From positions 375 through 64,374 of the forward strand of contig JBBRPH010000027.1 in assembly GCA_038228295.1 (NCBI GenBank): a DNA stretch of 64,000 nt, read 5' to 3'. Under the pieces are notes generated by a model, which worked only from the letters and a program-made list of their open reading frames with translations, made no database searches and was not told where the DNA came from. Each line of letters opens with the position of its first letter. Position 1 is the first letter of the stretch. Below are positions 9,921 through 19,128 of this stretch, piece by piece. The position numbers and the translations under genes were made by a program. The stretch comes from Chloroflexia bacterium (GTDB lineage Bacteria > Chloroflexota > Chloroflexia > QHBQ01 > JAICKM01).

Positions 9921-11393
9921 CTACGGTAGGTTATAGGCATCCCAGTGCCGGCGATCACTGTAAAGCGCAAACACAGGGTACGGCTGGTCGGCCCAGAGTA
10001 GATACCCGTTCTGGAAGGGCTGGGCCGCCGCATGAAACTGGCTGCCGCTTTGCAAGCGCGCCTGTGGCGACTCCTGGGTCGCCCCTAGGTCACTAGCTAC
10101 CGTCGGCTGATCGATCAGCAACTGCCGCAGGCTCGCGCCGGGGTCGGCATCGGATGCCGGCAACGGATCAGGATAGACCCGCCAACCACCCTGCGCGGCA
10201 CCCGTCGCCTCGCGCACCAGCACGAAAACCTGGCCGTGGGCGCTATCACGAAACAGATAGCCGCGTTGGAATTGTTGGATCGCCCCCGCCGGGACACCCA
10301 CTTCATAGGCAACCGTCGAGCAGCCCAGCCGGCGACCGACGGCGGGCCGCGCATATACCCCGCCGGTATACCCGCTCACCGGTAACACCCACGGACACGG
10401 CGTACCGGCCGGCAGCAGCGTAGGACTGGGAGTCGCCGTCGCTGCTGCGGGGGGTGAGGCGGTCACAGGGGATAAGATCGGCACCACGGCCGTAGCGGTA
10501 ACGCTGTTAACGGCCGGTACCGTCGCGGGGCGTATCCCGGTTGCCGTAGCCGTCGGGTTGCGGACCACCGTCACACTTATAAGCGGCCCGGCTGTAGCCG
10601 TAACTGGGGGTAGACGAGGTGGAGTAGGATCGGCCGTATGAACAGGAGTAGCCGGGAAGGCTGTAATTGTAGCACGACTAGCAACCATTGCTAGCGCAGT
10701 GGCTGTCGTGTCGGCAACAAAGGCCGTAGCTCTAGCCGAGACGGCTGTAGCTGTAGTGCGACTAACAACGGTTGCTAGTGCAGCGGGTGTACTGCTGGGC
10801 GTGGACAGCGGTGTAACAGGGGTTGGTTCAACAGTCAGCGTAACTTGCGCCGGCGCAGTTGCGGTGGTCGTCACAACAAGGCTCGTTGTGCTAGGCACGG
10901 ACGTGGGCACGTAGATCGAGGGTGGGGTCGGCGTAGCTGCGGCAGGTAGCAAATGGTTAAACCAGGCCGCCATTGCGCTGCTCACCCCGGCGATCAGCAG
11001 TAAGGCCAAGCCCAGCATAATACTGACCGTGCAACTTTTGCTGCCCAGCAGCGCTTGGAGCATGATCGGACGGCTGGGCGGGGCGGCCGGCGCATCAGAC
11101 GCGACCGGGGGCAGCGCCACCCCCAACTCCTCAGCCAGCGTACGCAACCGCCCGTTGGTCGGGTTTTCGGCCAGCGCCCCCTGGATCAACTCGTCCATCC
11201 GGCCCTGCGACTCAGCCCAATTAATCAGGTTGTATGCAGTGTCCTTCAGGCTGCCCGGCGGCACAATGGCGTCCAGCGACTCACCCAGCCACATCCGCAC
11301 TAGGCGCGCCAGGCTGCTGTGATCCGGAAAGGCGCTGCGGAGCGCGCTATCCAATGCCCGTACTTGGGCTGGAGTGAGAGGACTGGCCGCCAT
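9921..11393 (-). CDS. EAD1-like N-terminal domain + TM helix + Thr/Ala/Pro-rich stalk + extracellular domain
   Basis: LTPAQVRALDSALRSAFP..LARLVRMWLGESLDAI..AYNLINWAESQGRMDELIQGALAENPTN matches the effector-associated domain 1 pattern as recalled; one hydrophobic helix; low-complexity linker. Confidence 0.68.
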   Translation of the reverse strand: MAASPLTPAQVRALDSALRSAFPDHSSLARLVRMWLGESLDAIVPPGSLKDTAYNLINWAESQGRMDELIQGALAENPTNGRLRTLAEELGVALPPVASDAPAAPPSRPIMLQALLGSKSCTVSIMLGLALLLIAGVSSAMAAWFNHLLPAAATPTPPSIYVPTSVPSTTSLVVTTTATAPAQVTLTVEPTPVTPLSTPSSTPAALATVVSRTTATAVSARATAFVADTTATALAMVASRATITAFPATPVHTADPTPPRLPPVTATAGPLISVTVVRNPTATATGIRPATVPAVNSVTATAVVPILSPVTASPPAAATATPSPTLLPAGTPCPWVLPVSGYTGGVYARPAVGRRLGCSTVAYEVGVPAGAIQQFQRGYLFRDSAHGQVFVLVREATGAAQGGWRVYPDPLPASDADPGASLRQLLIDQPTVASDLGATQESPQARLQSGSQFHAAAQPFQNGYLLWADQPYPVFALYSDRRHWDAYNLP

Positions 11394-11405
11394 AGAGTAA
11401 ATCCT

Positions 11406-12167
11406 TTAGTGCACCTGCGCCAACCATGCCCCCACTGTCTGCGCGAACCAGGCCGGGTGCAACAAGTGTACCGCGTGGCCGGTATCCGGCACCAGGATCG
11501 TCTCACACTGTGGGATGCGCGCCGCCAGGGCGGCTACCGCCGCCGGCGGGTTCACAGCATCGTCCGCCCCATTGATAATCAGCACGGGGCAACGGACGGT
11601 GTGCGCACGGCTGAGGCTGATGTCGCCGCTACTGTCCATGATCAACGCCCGTGTCGCGGCGGCCCAGCCCTGCGTCATGGCGCGCGCGCGCGCAACCCCA
11701 TAGCGCGCCACGATCTGGTCGCGCCAGGCGACCCGCGCCGGCGGGGGGGCATCCACCAGCGCCTCGATCTCGGCCACCTCCGGTAGTGCGTTTACGTCCA
11801 GCGCCCCGGCGATGCCCCAAGCCACCACGGCCTGCGCCGCTGCCGGCCGCAGGATCGCCATCAGCAGCGCCACTTCCGATCCATCGCTGAAGCCGCCCAG
11901 ATGGGCCGCCGGCACGCCGAGCGCATCCAGCAACGCCCACATCGTCGCCGCATCCTGCGCGTAAAAGTCCGGCGTGTAGCGCCGCAGGGCCGACCGCCCG
12001 TAGCCCGGCATATCGGGCAGGATCACGCGCCAGTCGCGGCGCAGGGAGGCCGCCACTTGCTCTAGGTCGCGTCCACTGTCGGTGAAACCGTGCAGCAACA
12101 GCAACGGCGGCCCTTGTCCCGCTTCCTCATAGTAAATGTCCCCTGTGGGGAGCGCAATGTATGGCAT
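11406..12167 (-). CDS. Alpha/beta hydrolase
   Basis: LLLHGF, GFSDGS nucleophile elbow, GADD, GH catalytic His; start taken at MPYIALP. Confidence 0.9.
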   Translation of the reverse strand: MPYIALPTGDIYYEEAGQGPPLLLLHGFTDSGRDLEQVAASLRRDWRVILPDMPGYGRSALRRYTPDFYAQDAATMWALLDALGVPAAHLGGFSDGSEVALLMAILRPAAAQAVVAWGIAGALDVNALPEVAEIEALVDAPPPARVAWRDQIVARYGVARARAMTQGWAAATRALIMDSSGDISLSRAHTVRCPVLIINGADDAVNPPAAVAALAARIPQCETILVPDTGHAVHLLHPAWFAQTVGAWLAQVH

Positions 12168-12365
12168 ACAGCTATTGTACCCGTCTCTGCCGTCACCCGC
12201 AACTACGTGCCGCCCGCGCAAATCTAAGCAAATCCTAATTATTGGCGACGGGTTCCTAAGATTCGCGCCCTATAATGACACTATACCGCAGCAAATAGAG
12301 GCGCGGTAACGAGACTAAAACACCAGGGAGCCCACGGGCAGCCCTTAACGAAAGGAATCACCAAC

Positions 12366-13265
12366 ATGGACACGCCAAACAGCAACAAACTACGCGCTGC
12401 CGCCGCCCTCGCCGTCGGCGCAATCGCGGTGGCCGGGGCCGCCTTTAGCGGCACCACTGCCTTCGCTCAGACCGTCCCCCCGGCCACCAGCCCCGCGCCC
12501 CGCGCCCAAAGCACACCGGCTGCGGGCCAGGACCAGGGCAACGGCACGCAGGCCGAACAGGGTGAGACGCAGAACCACGGCGGCCCCGGCGGCTTCGGTG
12601 GCCCCGGCGGGCATCACGGCCACGACGGCTTCGGTGGCCGCGGCGGCGCGGCAGCCACCCTGGACGGCGCAACCCGCAGCATCCAGCAGGCCACTGCCGC
12701 CGTCACCCTAGTCCGCAGCGACGTGACGGCCGTGCAGGGCAAAACCGACACCGCACAGGCCAAAACCTGGCTTGACCAAGCCGACGCGCTGATCAAGCAG
12801 GCGCAGGCGGCCAGTGATGCCAAGCAATACGGCCAAGCGGGCGCATACGCCCATACCGGCAGCGATCACGCGCGCACTGCTGCCACCTTGCTCGCCAATG
12901 CGGTCGGTGAGGCCAACCTACCCTCTGCCGCCGCCCACCCGAACGATAACGACGCGACAGCGGCAGCGACCGTGACCCAGGCCCAGGCCAGCCGCGACCT
13001 GAGCCGCACCTACAGCCGGTTGGTGGCCCAGGCCGCCGTGCTCAAAGCTGCCGGCTCTGTGTCCGGCGCAGCGGACTATCTGACCGCCGCGCAGAATGCT
13101 TACAAGCAAGCCTACACGACCTATGGTGCCGGCAAGTGGAGCGATGCCCGGAACAGCGCCCGCCTAGCCGACAGCCTCAGCCGCATCGTGGACGACCTGA
13201 TTCACGCCGCCCAAGCGCCCGCCGGCACGGATAGCCCGGTCACGGTGCCTGCGCCGACCTTCTAA
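12366..13265 (+). CDS. Secreted Ala/Gly-rich helical protein, unknown function
   Basis: AAGGA RBS; signal peptide ending AFA-Q; Gly/His-rich linker; two similar amphipathic helical repeats. Confidence 0.75.
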   Translation: MDTPNSNKLRAAAALAVGAIAVAGAAFSGTTAFAQTVPPATSPAPRAQSTPAAGQDQGNGTQAEQGETQNHGGPGGFGGPGGHHGHDGFGGRGGAAATLDGATRSIQQATAAVTLVRSDVTAVQGKTDTAQAKTWLDQADALIKQAQAASDAKQYGQAGAYAHTGSDHARTAATLLANAVGEANLPSAAAHPNDNDATAAATVTQAQASRDLSRTYSRLVAQAAVLKAAGSVSGAADYLTAAQNAYKQAYTTYGAGKWSDARNSARLADSLSRIVDDLIHAAQAPAGTDSPVTVPAPTF

Positions 13266-13286
13266 CCAGCCGACGACTTACAGCAG

Positions 13287-13320
13287 CGCCGCAGCGGACT
13301 CCTCCCCGCTGCGGCGTTTG
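13287..13320 (+). terminator. Intrinsic terminator between convergent genes
   Basis: CGCCGCAGCGG / CCGCTGCGGCG 11-bp stem followed by TTTG. Confidence 0.7.
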
Positions 13321-13329
13321 CTTGTGTCT

Positions 13330-14385
13330 CTACCAGGTCTGCCGCAGCACGCGCAGCCAGTTTGCGTGCGCCAATTTATGCAGTGCTGCGGTATCATAGC
13401 CATGCTGCTGCAAGGCGGCGATCAATAGCGGCAACCCGCGTACATCCCCGATCTCATTGGAGATCAGTGTGCCGTCAAAGTCCGATCCGAAGCCCACCCG
13501 GTCGATCCCCAGCCGGGCTACTAGGTAATCAATATGCGCTACCATCGTCGCCAATGGCGTATCCGCCTCGTTGTAGCCGTCCGCACGCAAGTCGCACACG
13601 GAAAAGTTGAGGCCCACCATACCGTCCGACGCACGGATCGCATCCAGTTGGCGGTCGGTGAGGTTGCGCGTTGAGGGACACAGCGCATGGACCGCCGAAT
13701 GCGTGGCGACCAGCGGCGCATCCGATAATCCGGCTACATCCCAAAAGCCCTGCTCATTCAAATGTGACAGATCGATCAGGATGCCCAGCCGGTTGCAAGC
13801 GCGCACCAATGCTTTGCCCGCAGCCGTCAGGCCCGGCCCCGTATCGGGCGAGGCCGGGTACTGGAACGGCACGCCATGCCCAAAGGCATTCGGCCGGCTC
13901 CAGACCAAGCCCAGTGAGCGTAGCCCCGCCGCATAAAACACCTCCAGCGCATCACCCGCCGGATCCAGCGCCTCAGCGCCCTCAAAATGCAGAATCGCCG
14001 CCAGCACTCCGCGCTCCAAGCAGGCCTGCAAGCCGTCCACTGTTCGCACGATCTGCACCTGCCCCGCCGACTCCTGTTCTAAGCGCAGCAGGCACGCGGT
14101 GAGCGCCAACGCCACCCGCTGGGCATAGCCAAAATCCAGCGGCGCGGCCAGACGCACGGCATAGCCCGTCTCGGTCACCGTCAGGTCCGAGTCGTCCGCG
14201 ACCCCACTGAGGTTGGGCGGCACAAAGGCCGCGAAAAAGCCGCCCGCAAAGCCGCCGGCACGCGCCCGTGGTAAGTCGAGATGCCCGGTCATACTGTCCA
14301 CAAAGGAGAGCGGTCCATCGCCACTCTGCTCATTTATGTAAAGCCGCAGCAATGTGTCATTATGCCCATCCAGTACAGGGATCAT
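13330..14385 (-). CDS. Membrane dipeptidase (peptidase M19 family)
   Basis: DGHND, HFEGAE, DLSH, ATHS, RNLTD, GFGSDFDG motifs. Confidence 0.92.
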   Translation of the reverse strand: MIPVLDGHNDTLLRLYINEQSGDGPLSFVDSMTGHLDLPRARAGGFAGGFFAAFVPPNLSGVADDSDLTVTETGYAVRLAAPLDFGYAQRVALALTACLLRLEQESAGQVQIVRTVDGLQACLERGVLAAILHFEGAEALDPAGDALEVFYAAGLRSLGLVWSRPNAFGHGVPFQYPASPDTGPGLTAAGKALVRACNRLGILIDLSHLNEQGFWDVAGLSDAPLVATHSAVHALCPSTRNLTDRQLDAIRASDGMVGLNFSVCDLRADGYNEADTPLATMVAHIDYLVARLGIDRVGFGSDFDGTLISNEIGDVRGLPLLIAALQQHGYDTAALHKLAHANWLRVLRQTW

Positions 14386-14625
14386 CCGCCCGGTCCGTCC
14401 TTTCCGCCTACAGGCCAATTATATCGAAATCGCCGGCGCTGCACCTGCCGTATTACTATTGATTATAGCCGTTCCACCCGCATCTGCAACCACACTCGCC
14501 GCTCGCTCGTTGCTATAATAAGCGCAGTACCCGATCCCAGCCCGCCCCAGCGGACTTCGCAGCGGTAGCCGCGACTCCGGTCGCCCCGTGGCACTGCCGC
14601 GCCCAGTATAGGAAGGCTAAAATCC

Positions 14626-17256
14626 ATGCACCCATTCACGACGCGCCGCGCCGCCGGCCTAGTGGTCGGCCTCTGTGCCCTATTGAGTGTGTTACCCACT
14701 GCCCCGTCTCGCCCAGTCGGAGCCAGCGCTGCGATCTCCGGCGTGGTCCCTACGCGGCAACCGGCCGCAATCGGCGCGCCGACAGGACTCCCGGCCGCCT
14801 TCGCCGCTGCCGGAGCCGAGTTCGGCGTGCCGCCCGCGCTGCTCGCCGCCGTCGCCTGGAGTGAGAGCCATTGGGACGGACGCGGCGGCGTAGCGAACGA
14901 CTACGGCCAGGTGGGCCTGATGGGCCTGCGCACGCCGCCCACCGGCAGCGGCCTGACCCGCGCCGCCGCGTTACTCGGCGTGGCCCCGCAGACCGCCGCC
15001 GGTGATGACCGCACCAACATCCGCGCCGCCGCTGCCCTGCTGCGCGATGCGGCAGCCCGCCTGGGCCGCCCCCGTGCCGCCGACCTCGCCGGCTGGTATC
15101 CGGTCGTCGCCGCCTACAGCGAGTTTAGCGATCCGTTGGTGGCCCGCAGTTATGCGTGGAGCGTCTTTGCCGTGTTGCAACACGGCGTACAGGCGGCCAC
15201 GGTCGCCGGCGAACCGGTCGCTATTCCCGCCGTCGGGCCACTAGTCCTGCCGGATAAGGCCGACCCGCTAACCGCTACCGCCCCGGCCACCGACGATTAC
15301 CCACCCGCGCATTGGGTTGCCGCCGCAGCGGGCAATTTCCAGTACGGGCGGAACTACGGCCCGCTCAATTTCATCGTCATCCACGACACCGAGGGCAGCT
15401 ATAGCTCAGCCATCAACTGGTTTGCCAACCCCGCCTCCGGGGTGAGCGCACACTTCATCGTCCGCTCAGCGGACGGCGACATCACCCAGATGGTCCATAA
15501 CGCCGACACCGCCTATCATGCAGGTAATTGGGACTACAACGTGCGTGCTATCGGGATAGAACATGAGGGATATGCCGCGCAAACGGGCTGGTACACGCCC
15601 GCTATGTATAACGCCTCGGCGGCGCTCGTCCGCACGATGGCCGACCGCTTCAGTATCCCGAAAGACCACGCCCATATCATCGGCCATTACCAGGTGCCCA
15701 ACCAACACCCGCCTATCCACACCGATCCCGGCCCCAACTGGGACTGGGCCGGCTACCTGGCCCAGGTGCGCAACGACAGCGCCGCCGCCGCCCGTGTGCG
15801 AAACAGCGATAGCGGCTTTCTCGCCAGCCCGGCCCCGGTAGACGCGGCGCACGGCTGGGGGTTATACGCGGGCAAAGGCTATGGCGGCGGCACGGCCGTG
15901 CGCGCCCTCAGCAACAGCGGCGCAGCCGATCACACCGCTACTTGGACTACCGCTCTGCCGGCTGCCGGAATCTACGATCTCTACGCCTACATTCCGTGGG
16001 TAGACAACGGTCGTGCCGACACCAGCAGCGCCCACTACATCGTCAGCACCAGCAGCGGGCCGCAGACAATCACGACGAGCCAGAAAGCCCTCACCGACGC
16101 AGGCATTCTCCAGGGCGGCCTGCCGCCTCAGGGCGAGTGGGGTCACTTGGGGCGCTTCAACCTGCCCGCCACAGGTACCGTCTCACTCGACAACAGCACA
16201 GGCGAGAGCGCGCTCAACGTTTGGTTTGATGCCATGATGTGGATCCCCGCCGGCACGGCCTCACCGCCGACCGTTCCCGCCACAGTGTCGCCTACTGTTA
16301 CACCCACGCACACCCCTACCTACACCCCTGCGCCCACCTTCAGCCCCACGCGCACCCCCGCGCCGACGCTATCACCCACACGCACGTCTACGCGCACCAG
16401 TACACCCACAGCGACCGCCACCCCGACCGCTAGCCCTACTACTACGCCGACGGCCAGCTGGACTCCCGGTCCCTGCGGCATGACTTTTATTGATCTGCCC
16501 GATACCCATTGGGCTTGGAGTTATGTCAACTACCTCTACTGCCGGGGCATTGTGGGGGGCTACAGCGACGGCACCTTCCGGCCCCAGGCTATCGCCACGC
16601 GCGGCCAACTAACCAAGATGATCACCATCGGGATGCACTGGTCCATGCCGCTGCCGCCCACTCCCACCTTTAGCGACGTACTGCCGGGCTCGCCCTTTTA
16701 TAGCTATGTTGAAACCGCCGCCGCGCATGGTGTGGTCAGCGGCTACAGCGACGGCACCTTCCGCCCGGCCAACCCGATCACCCGCGCCCAATTGTCGAAG
16801 ATGATCCTGCTGGCGAAAGGCTGGTCGCCGCTCTACCCGGCTATGCCGTCGTTCAGCGATGTACCCGCCGACTACTGGGCCTACGGCTACATCGAGGCGA
16901 TTCGCGCGCAAGGAGTGGTCAGCGGCTACAGTGACGGCACCTTCCACCCGGCCGATGTCGCCACGCGCGCCCAACTGTCGAAGATGTTAAGCACCGCCTT
17001 CCAATTGCCGGATGGTGGGCCTACGGCGACCGCCACGGCGACCGGCACTCCGCTCACGGCGACCCCTACCGCCCCGCCCACCGGCGGCACTACAGTCACC
17101 GCGACGGTTAGCAGCACCCCGCCTAGCGCGACTCGTACCGCCACCGGCACGCCGACGGCTACGGGCACGCAGCCCACCGTGACCCGTACCGCCCCGCCAA
17201 GTAGCACAGCGACGGCTACAGCCACGACTACTAGCGGCATCCATAGCAACCGATAG
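14626..17256 (+). CDS. Multidomain N-acetylmuramoyl-L-alanine amidase (lysozyme-like N-terminus, Amidase_2, Golvesin/CBM-like domain, three SLH repeats, Pro/Thr linkers)
   Basis: Signal peptide; FGVPPALLAAVAWSES; IVIHDTEG..SAHF..AYHAGN..IGIEHEG..HTDPG; three GYSDGTFRP..TRAQ SLH repeats. Confidence 0.9.
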   Translation: MHPFTTRRAAGLVVGLCALLSVLPTAPSRPVGASAAISGVVPTRQPAAIGAPTGLPAAFAAAGAEFGVPPALLAAVAWSESHWDGRGGVANDYGQVGLMGLRTPPTGSGLTRAAALLGVAPQTAAGDDRTNIRAAAALLRDAAARLGRPRAADLAGWYPVVAAYSEFSDPLVARSYAWSVFAVLQHGVQAATVAGEPVAIPAVGPLVLPDKADPLTATAPATDDYPPAHWVAAAAGNFQYGRNYGPLNFIVIHDTEGSYSSAINWFANPASGVSAHFIVRSADGDITQMVHNADTAYHAGNWDYNVRAIGIEHEGYAAQTGWYTPAMYNASAALVRTMADRFSIPKDHAHIIGHYQVPNQHPPIHTDPGPNWDWAGYLAQVRNDSAAAARVRNSDSGFLASPAPVDAAHGWGLYAGKGYGGGTAVRALSNSGAADHTATWTTALPAAGIYDLYAYIPWVDNGRADTSSAHYIVSTSSGPQTITTSQKALTDAGILQGGLPPQGEWGHLGRFNLPATGTVSLDNSTGESALNVWFDAMMWIPAGTASPPTVPATVSPTVTPTHTPTYTPAPTFSPTRTPAPTLSPTRTSTRTSTPTATATPTASPTTTPTASWTPGPCGMTFIDLPDTHWAWSYVNYLYCRGIVGGYSDGTFRPQAIATRGQLTKMITIGMHWSMPLPPTPTFSDVLPGSPFYSYVETAAAHGVVSGYSDGTFRPANPITRAQLSKMILLAKGWSPLYPAMPSFSDVPADYWAYGYIEAIRAQGVVSGYSDGTFHPADVATRAQLSKMLSTAFQLPDGGPTATATATGTPLTATPTAPPTGGTTVTATVSSTPPSATRTATGTPTATGTQPTVTRTAPPSSTATATATTTSGIHSNR

Positions 17257-17284
17257 CCCGCCGACCCTTGTTATAGCTTTTACA

Positions 17285-17320
17285 CAAAACGGCCCCGCTG
17301 CCTGTAGGCAGCGGGGCTGT
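17285..17320 (-). terminator. Intrinsic terminator
   Basis: 14-bp stem ACGGCCCCGCTGCC-TGTA-GGCAGCGGGGCTGT followed by TTTT on the minus strand. Confidence 0.75.
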
Positions 17321-17368
17321 CGTACTGATGCGCCTGCACTCTTTTAGGCGCAGGAGCCGGGGTGCGAA

Positions 17369-19036
17369 CTAGGGCGTGACGCAGAACGCCGCGATCGCCT
17401 CGTGTCCGCTCTTCACGCCATGCACTGTCAGTGACCAGGTGCCTGGATACAGCACCCCGCTGTTCAACTGCAACGTGCCGCCGCCGCTCGACGGGATGGT
17501 AAGCTGCTGCTGTGCGCCGAACACCGCACCGTCCGGATCGGTCAGCCAGTAGCCGGCCTGCTCGCCCGGCTGAAAGCCGGTGATCGTCACGGCGAAGATC
17601 GTGCCCTTACGCCCGCTCGACGGCGAAACCGTTGCGTCATGGGCGTGGCTCAGGTCACACGAGACCGGGGCCGGGGTAGCCGTCGGAGTGCCACCACCAC
17701 CACCGCCACCGCCACTCACGGCCTTCGGCGTGATTTTAAACCAAGCCACGGCCTGGTGCGCCGAATCCGCACCCTGATAGGTTAGTGCCCAGTTGCCTTC
17801 GGTGTTATTGGGCGACAAGATCGGCAGCAGGCTGCTGTCAAACACATCGTCTAACTCGCCGGGGTGATTGCCTGCATCTAGGGGAGCGGGTGTACCCAGC
17901 ACGCGCCCGGCCGGCGAAGTGATCCAGAAGCTCACCCGTTCGCCGGCCTTGAAGCCGCTGATGTGAATCTGGAATACTGTGCCCACCGGCCCGCAGTTCG
18001 GGCTGACTGTGGCCGATTGATTGTTCGGCACCTCGCCGCAACCCACCGGCGCGGCGGTCGGCGGCACGGCGGTCGGCTGGCCGGCCGGGACAGTCGGAGC
18101 CGTCGTGGGGTTGCCGCCCGGCGCCGGGCCATTGCAGCCCACGCCCTTGTAGCGCCAAGCATAGTAGTGTTGGCCTACGTTGCCCATCTGCACGGCAAAC
18201 GCCGTGCCGTTGTAGGACGGCACATAGGTCAGGATGCGGCGCTCGAACGCCTGGATCAGGACATCGGTCGCTTTGCCCGCGATCTTGACATTGGCCCAGT
18301 AGGCTTCGGTTAGCGGCAGGCCACTAGCGAAGTACCAGGGCTGATTCAGCAGCCCGTTGCTATACTGCCCATTCTGGTAGATCGGTCCGCTAGCGTTCAG
18401 GAAGTCCCAAAACACCTTCGGGATGTTGCGTCCGGTGCGGCCCTCGAAATAGACGAGATCTGTGCCCGTCTGCGCGGTCTTGCCGGCATCCGCTGTTACA
18501 GTGCCGTTGCGATCCACGACGTTAATAGCCTTTTGGCCCACCAGATTGCCTTTCGTCGCATCCAGCAACTTGCCGAAGGTGGCGTAGGTCGGCGCGGCGC
18601 TGTCGTCGCCGTCCGAGGCCAGCGGCACATCGGCGGCGCAGCGCTGCTCAAAATCGCTGTCGCCCACTTGCATTCGCCCGGTCATCAGCTCGTTTGCCAG
18701 CAGGCCGTTAGTCACATAGAACGCGCTGCTTTTGTCGCCGACCGGGTTGTTGATCTCCATGCGGCTCTTATCGAAGTACTGCACTAACCGCGTGCCGCCC
18801 ACGCCCTGCTTATAGGTCTCCTGCGTGGCGAAGCCGGGGATCGGCCCCCAATACCACGAACGGTCGGCCGCTTTGTGTTCGGCCACCGGCCGGTCGGTGC
18901 GCTCCCAGGTACGCTGGAAGGCCGCATCCGCAAACCCCGCCTGCGTTTGCGCCTGCACCGGGGTCAGTTGCCCCAGCCCGGCCACGACCAGAGCTACCGC
19001 CCCGATCCCGCGCCACATTTTGGTCCTCAGTTGCAT
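17369..19036 (-). CDS. Secreted protein with Chloroflexi-type surface domain and two Ig-like repeats
   Basis: Signal peptide; FQRTWERTD, VQYFDKSRMEI, QAFERRILTY motifs; duplicated GTxFxIxIxGFxxGExxxxWxTxPxG unit. Confidence 0.8.
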   Translation of the reverse strand: MQLRTKMWRGIGAVALVVAGLGQLTPVQAQTQAGFADAAFQRTWERTDRPVAEHKAADRSWYWGPIPGFATQETYKQGVGGTRLVQYFDKSRMEINNPVGDKSSAFYVTNGLLANELMTGRMQVGDSDFEQRCAADVPLASDGDDSAAPTYATFGKLLDATKGNLVGQKAINVVDRNGTVTADAGKTAQTGTDLVYFEGRTGRNIPKVFWDFLNASGPIYQNGQYSNGLLNQPWYFASGLPLTEAYWANVKIAGKATDVLIQAFERRILTYVPSYNGTAFAVQMGNVGQHYYAWRYKGVGCNGPAPGGNPTTAPTVPAGQPTAVPPTAAPVGCGEVPNNQSATVSPNCGPVGTVFQIHISGFKAGERVSFWITSPAGRVLGTPAPLDAGNHPGELDDVFDSSLLPILSPNNTEGNWALTYQGADSAHQAVAWFKITPKAVSGGGGGGGGTPTATPAPVSCDLSHAHDATVSPSSGRKGTIFAVTITGFQPGEQAGYWLTDPDGAVFGAQQQLTIPSSGGGTLQLNSGVLYPGTWSLTVHGVKSGHEAIAAFCVTP

Positions 19037-19053
19037 TTATTTCTCTCCTTCAT

Positions 19054-19091
19054 AAAGCGTAAAGCGTAAAGCGTGAAACGTGAAAAGGCGT
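19054..19091. repeat. Intergenic heptamer tandem repeat (AAAGCGT x3, then GAAACGT)
   Basis: Read directly; similar heptamer runs near 5315, 9823, 41551 and 46700. Confidence 0.7.
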
Positions 19092-19128
19092 CAGAACTCA
19101 TAACCCATTGGCCTTCGGCACTCCGCAC

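Noticed and set aside
14520-14625. c-di-AMP (ydaO) riboswitch upstream of the amidase
   Set aside because: The conserved ydaO motifs were not seen; the segment looks more like a degenerate REP-like repeat.
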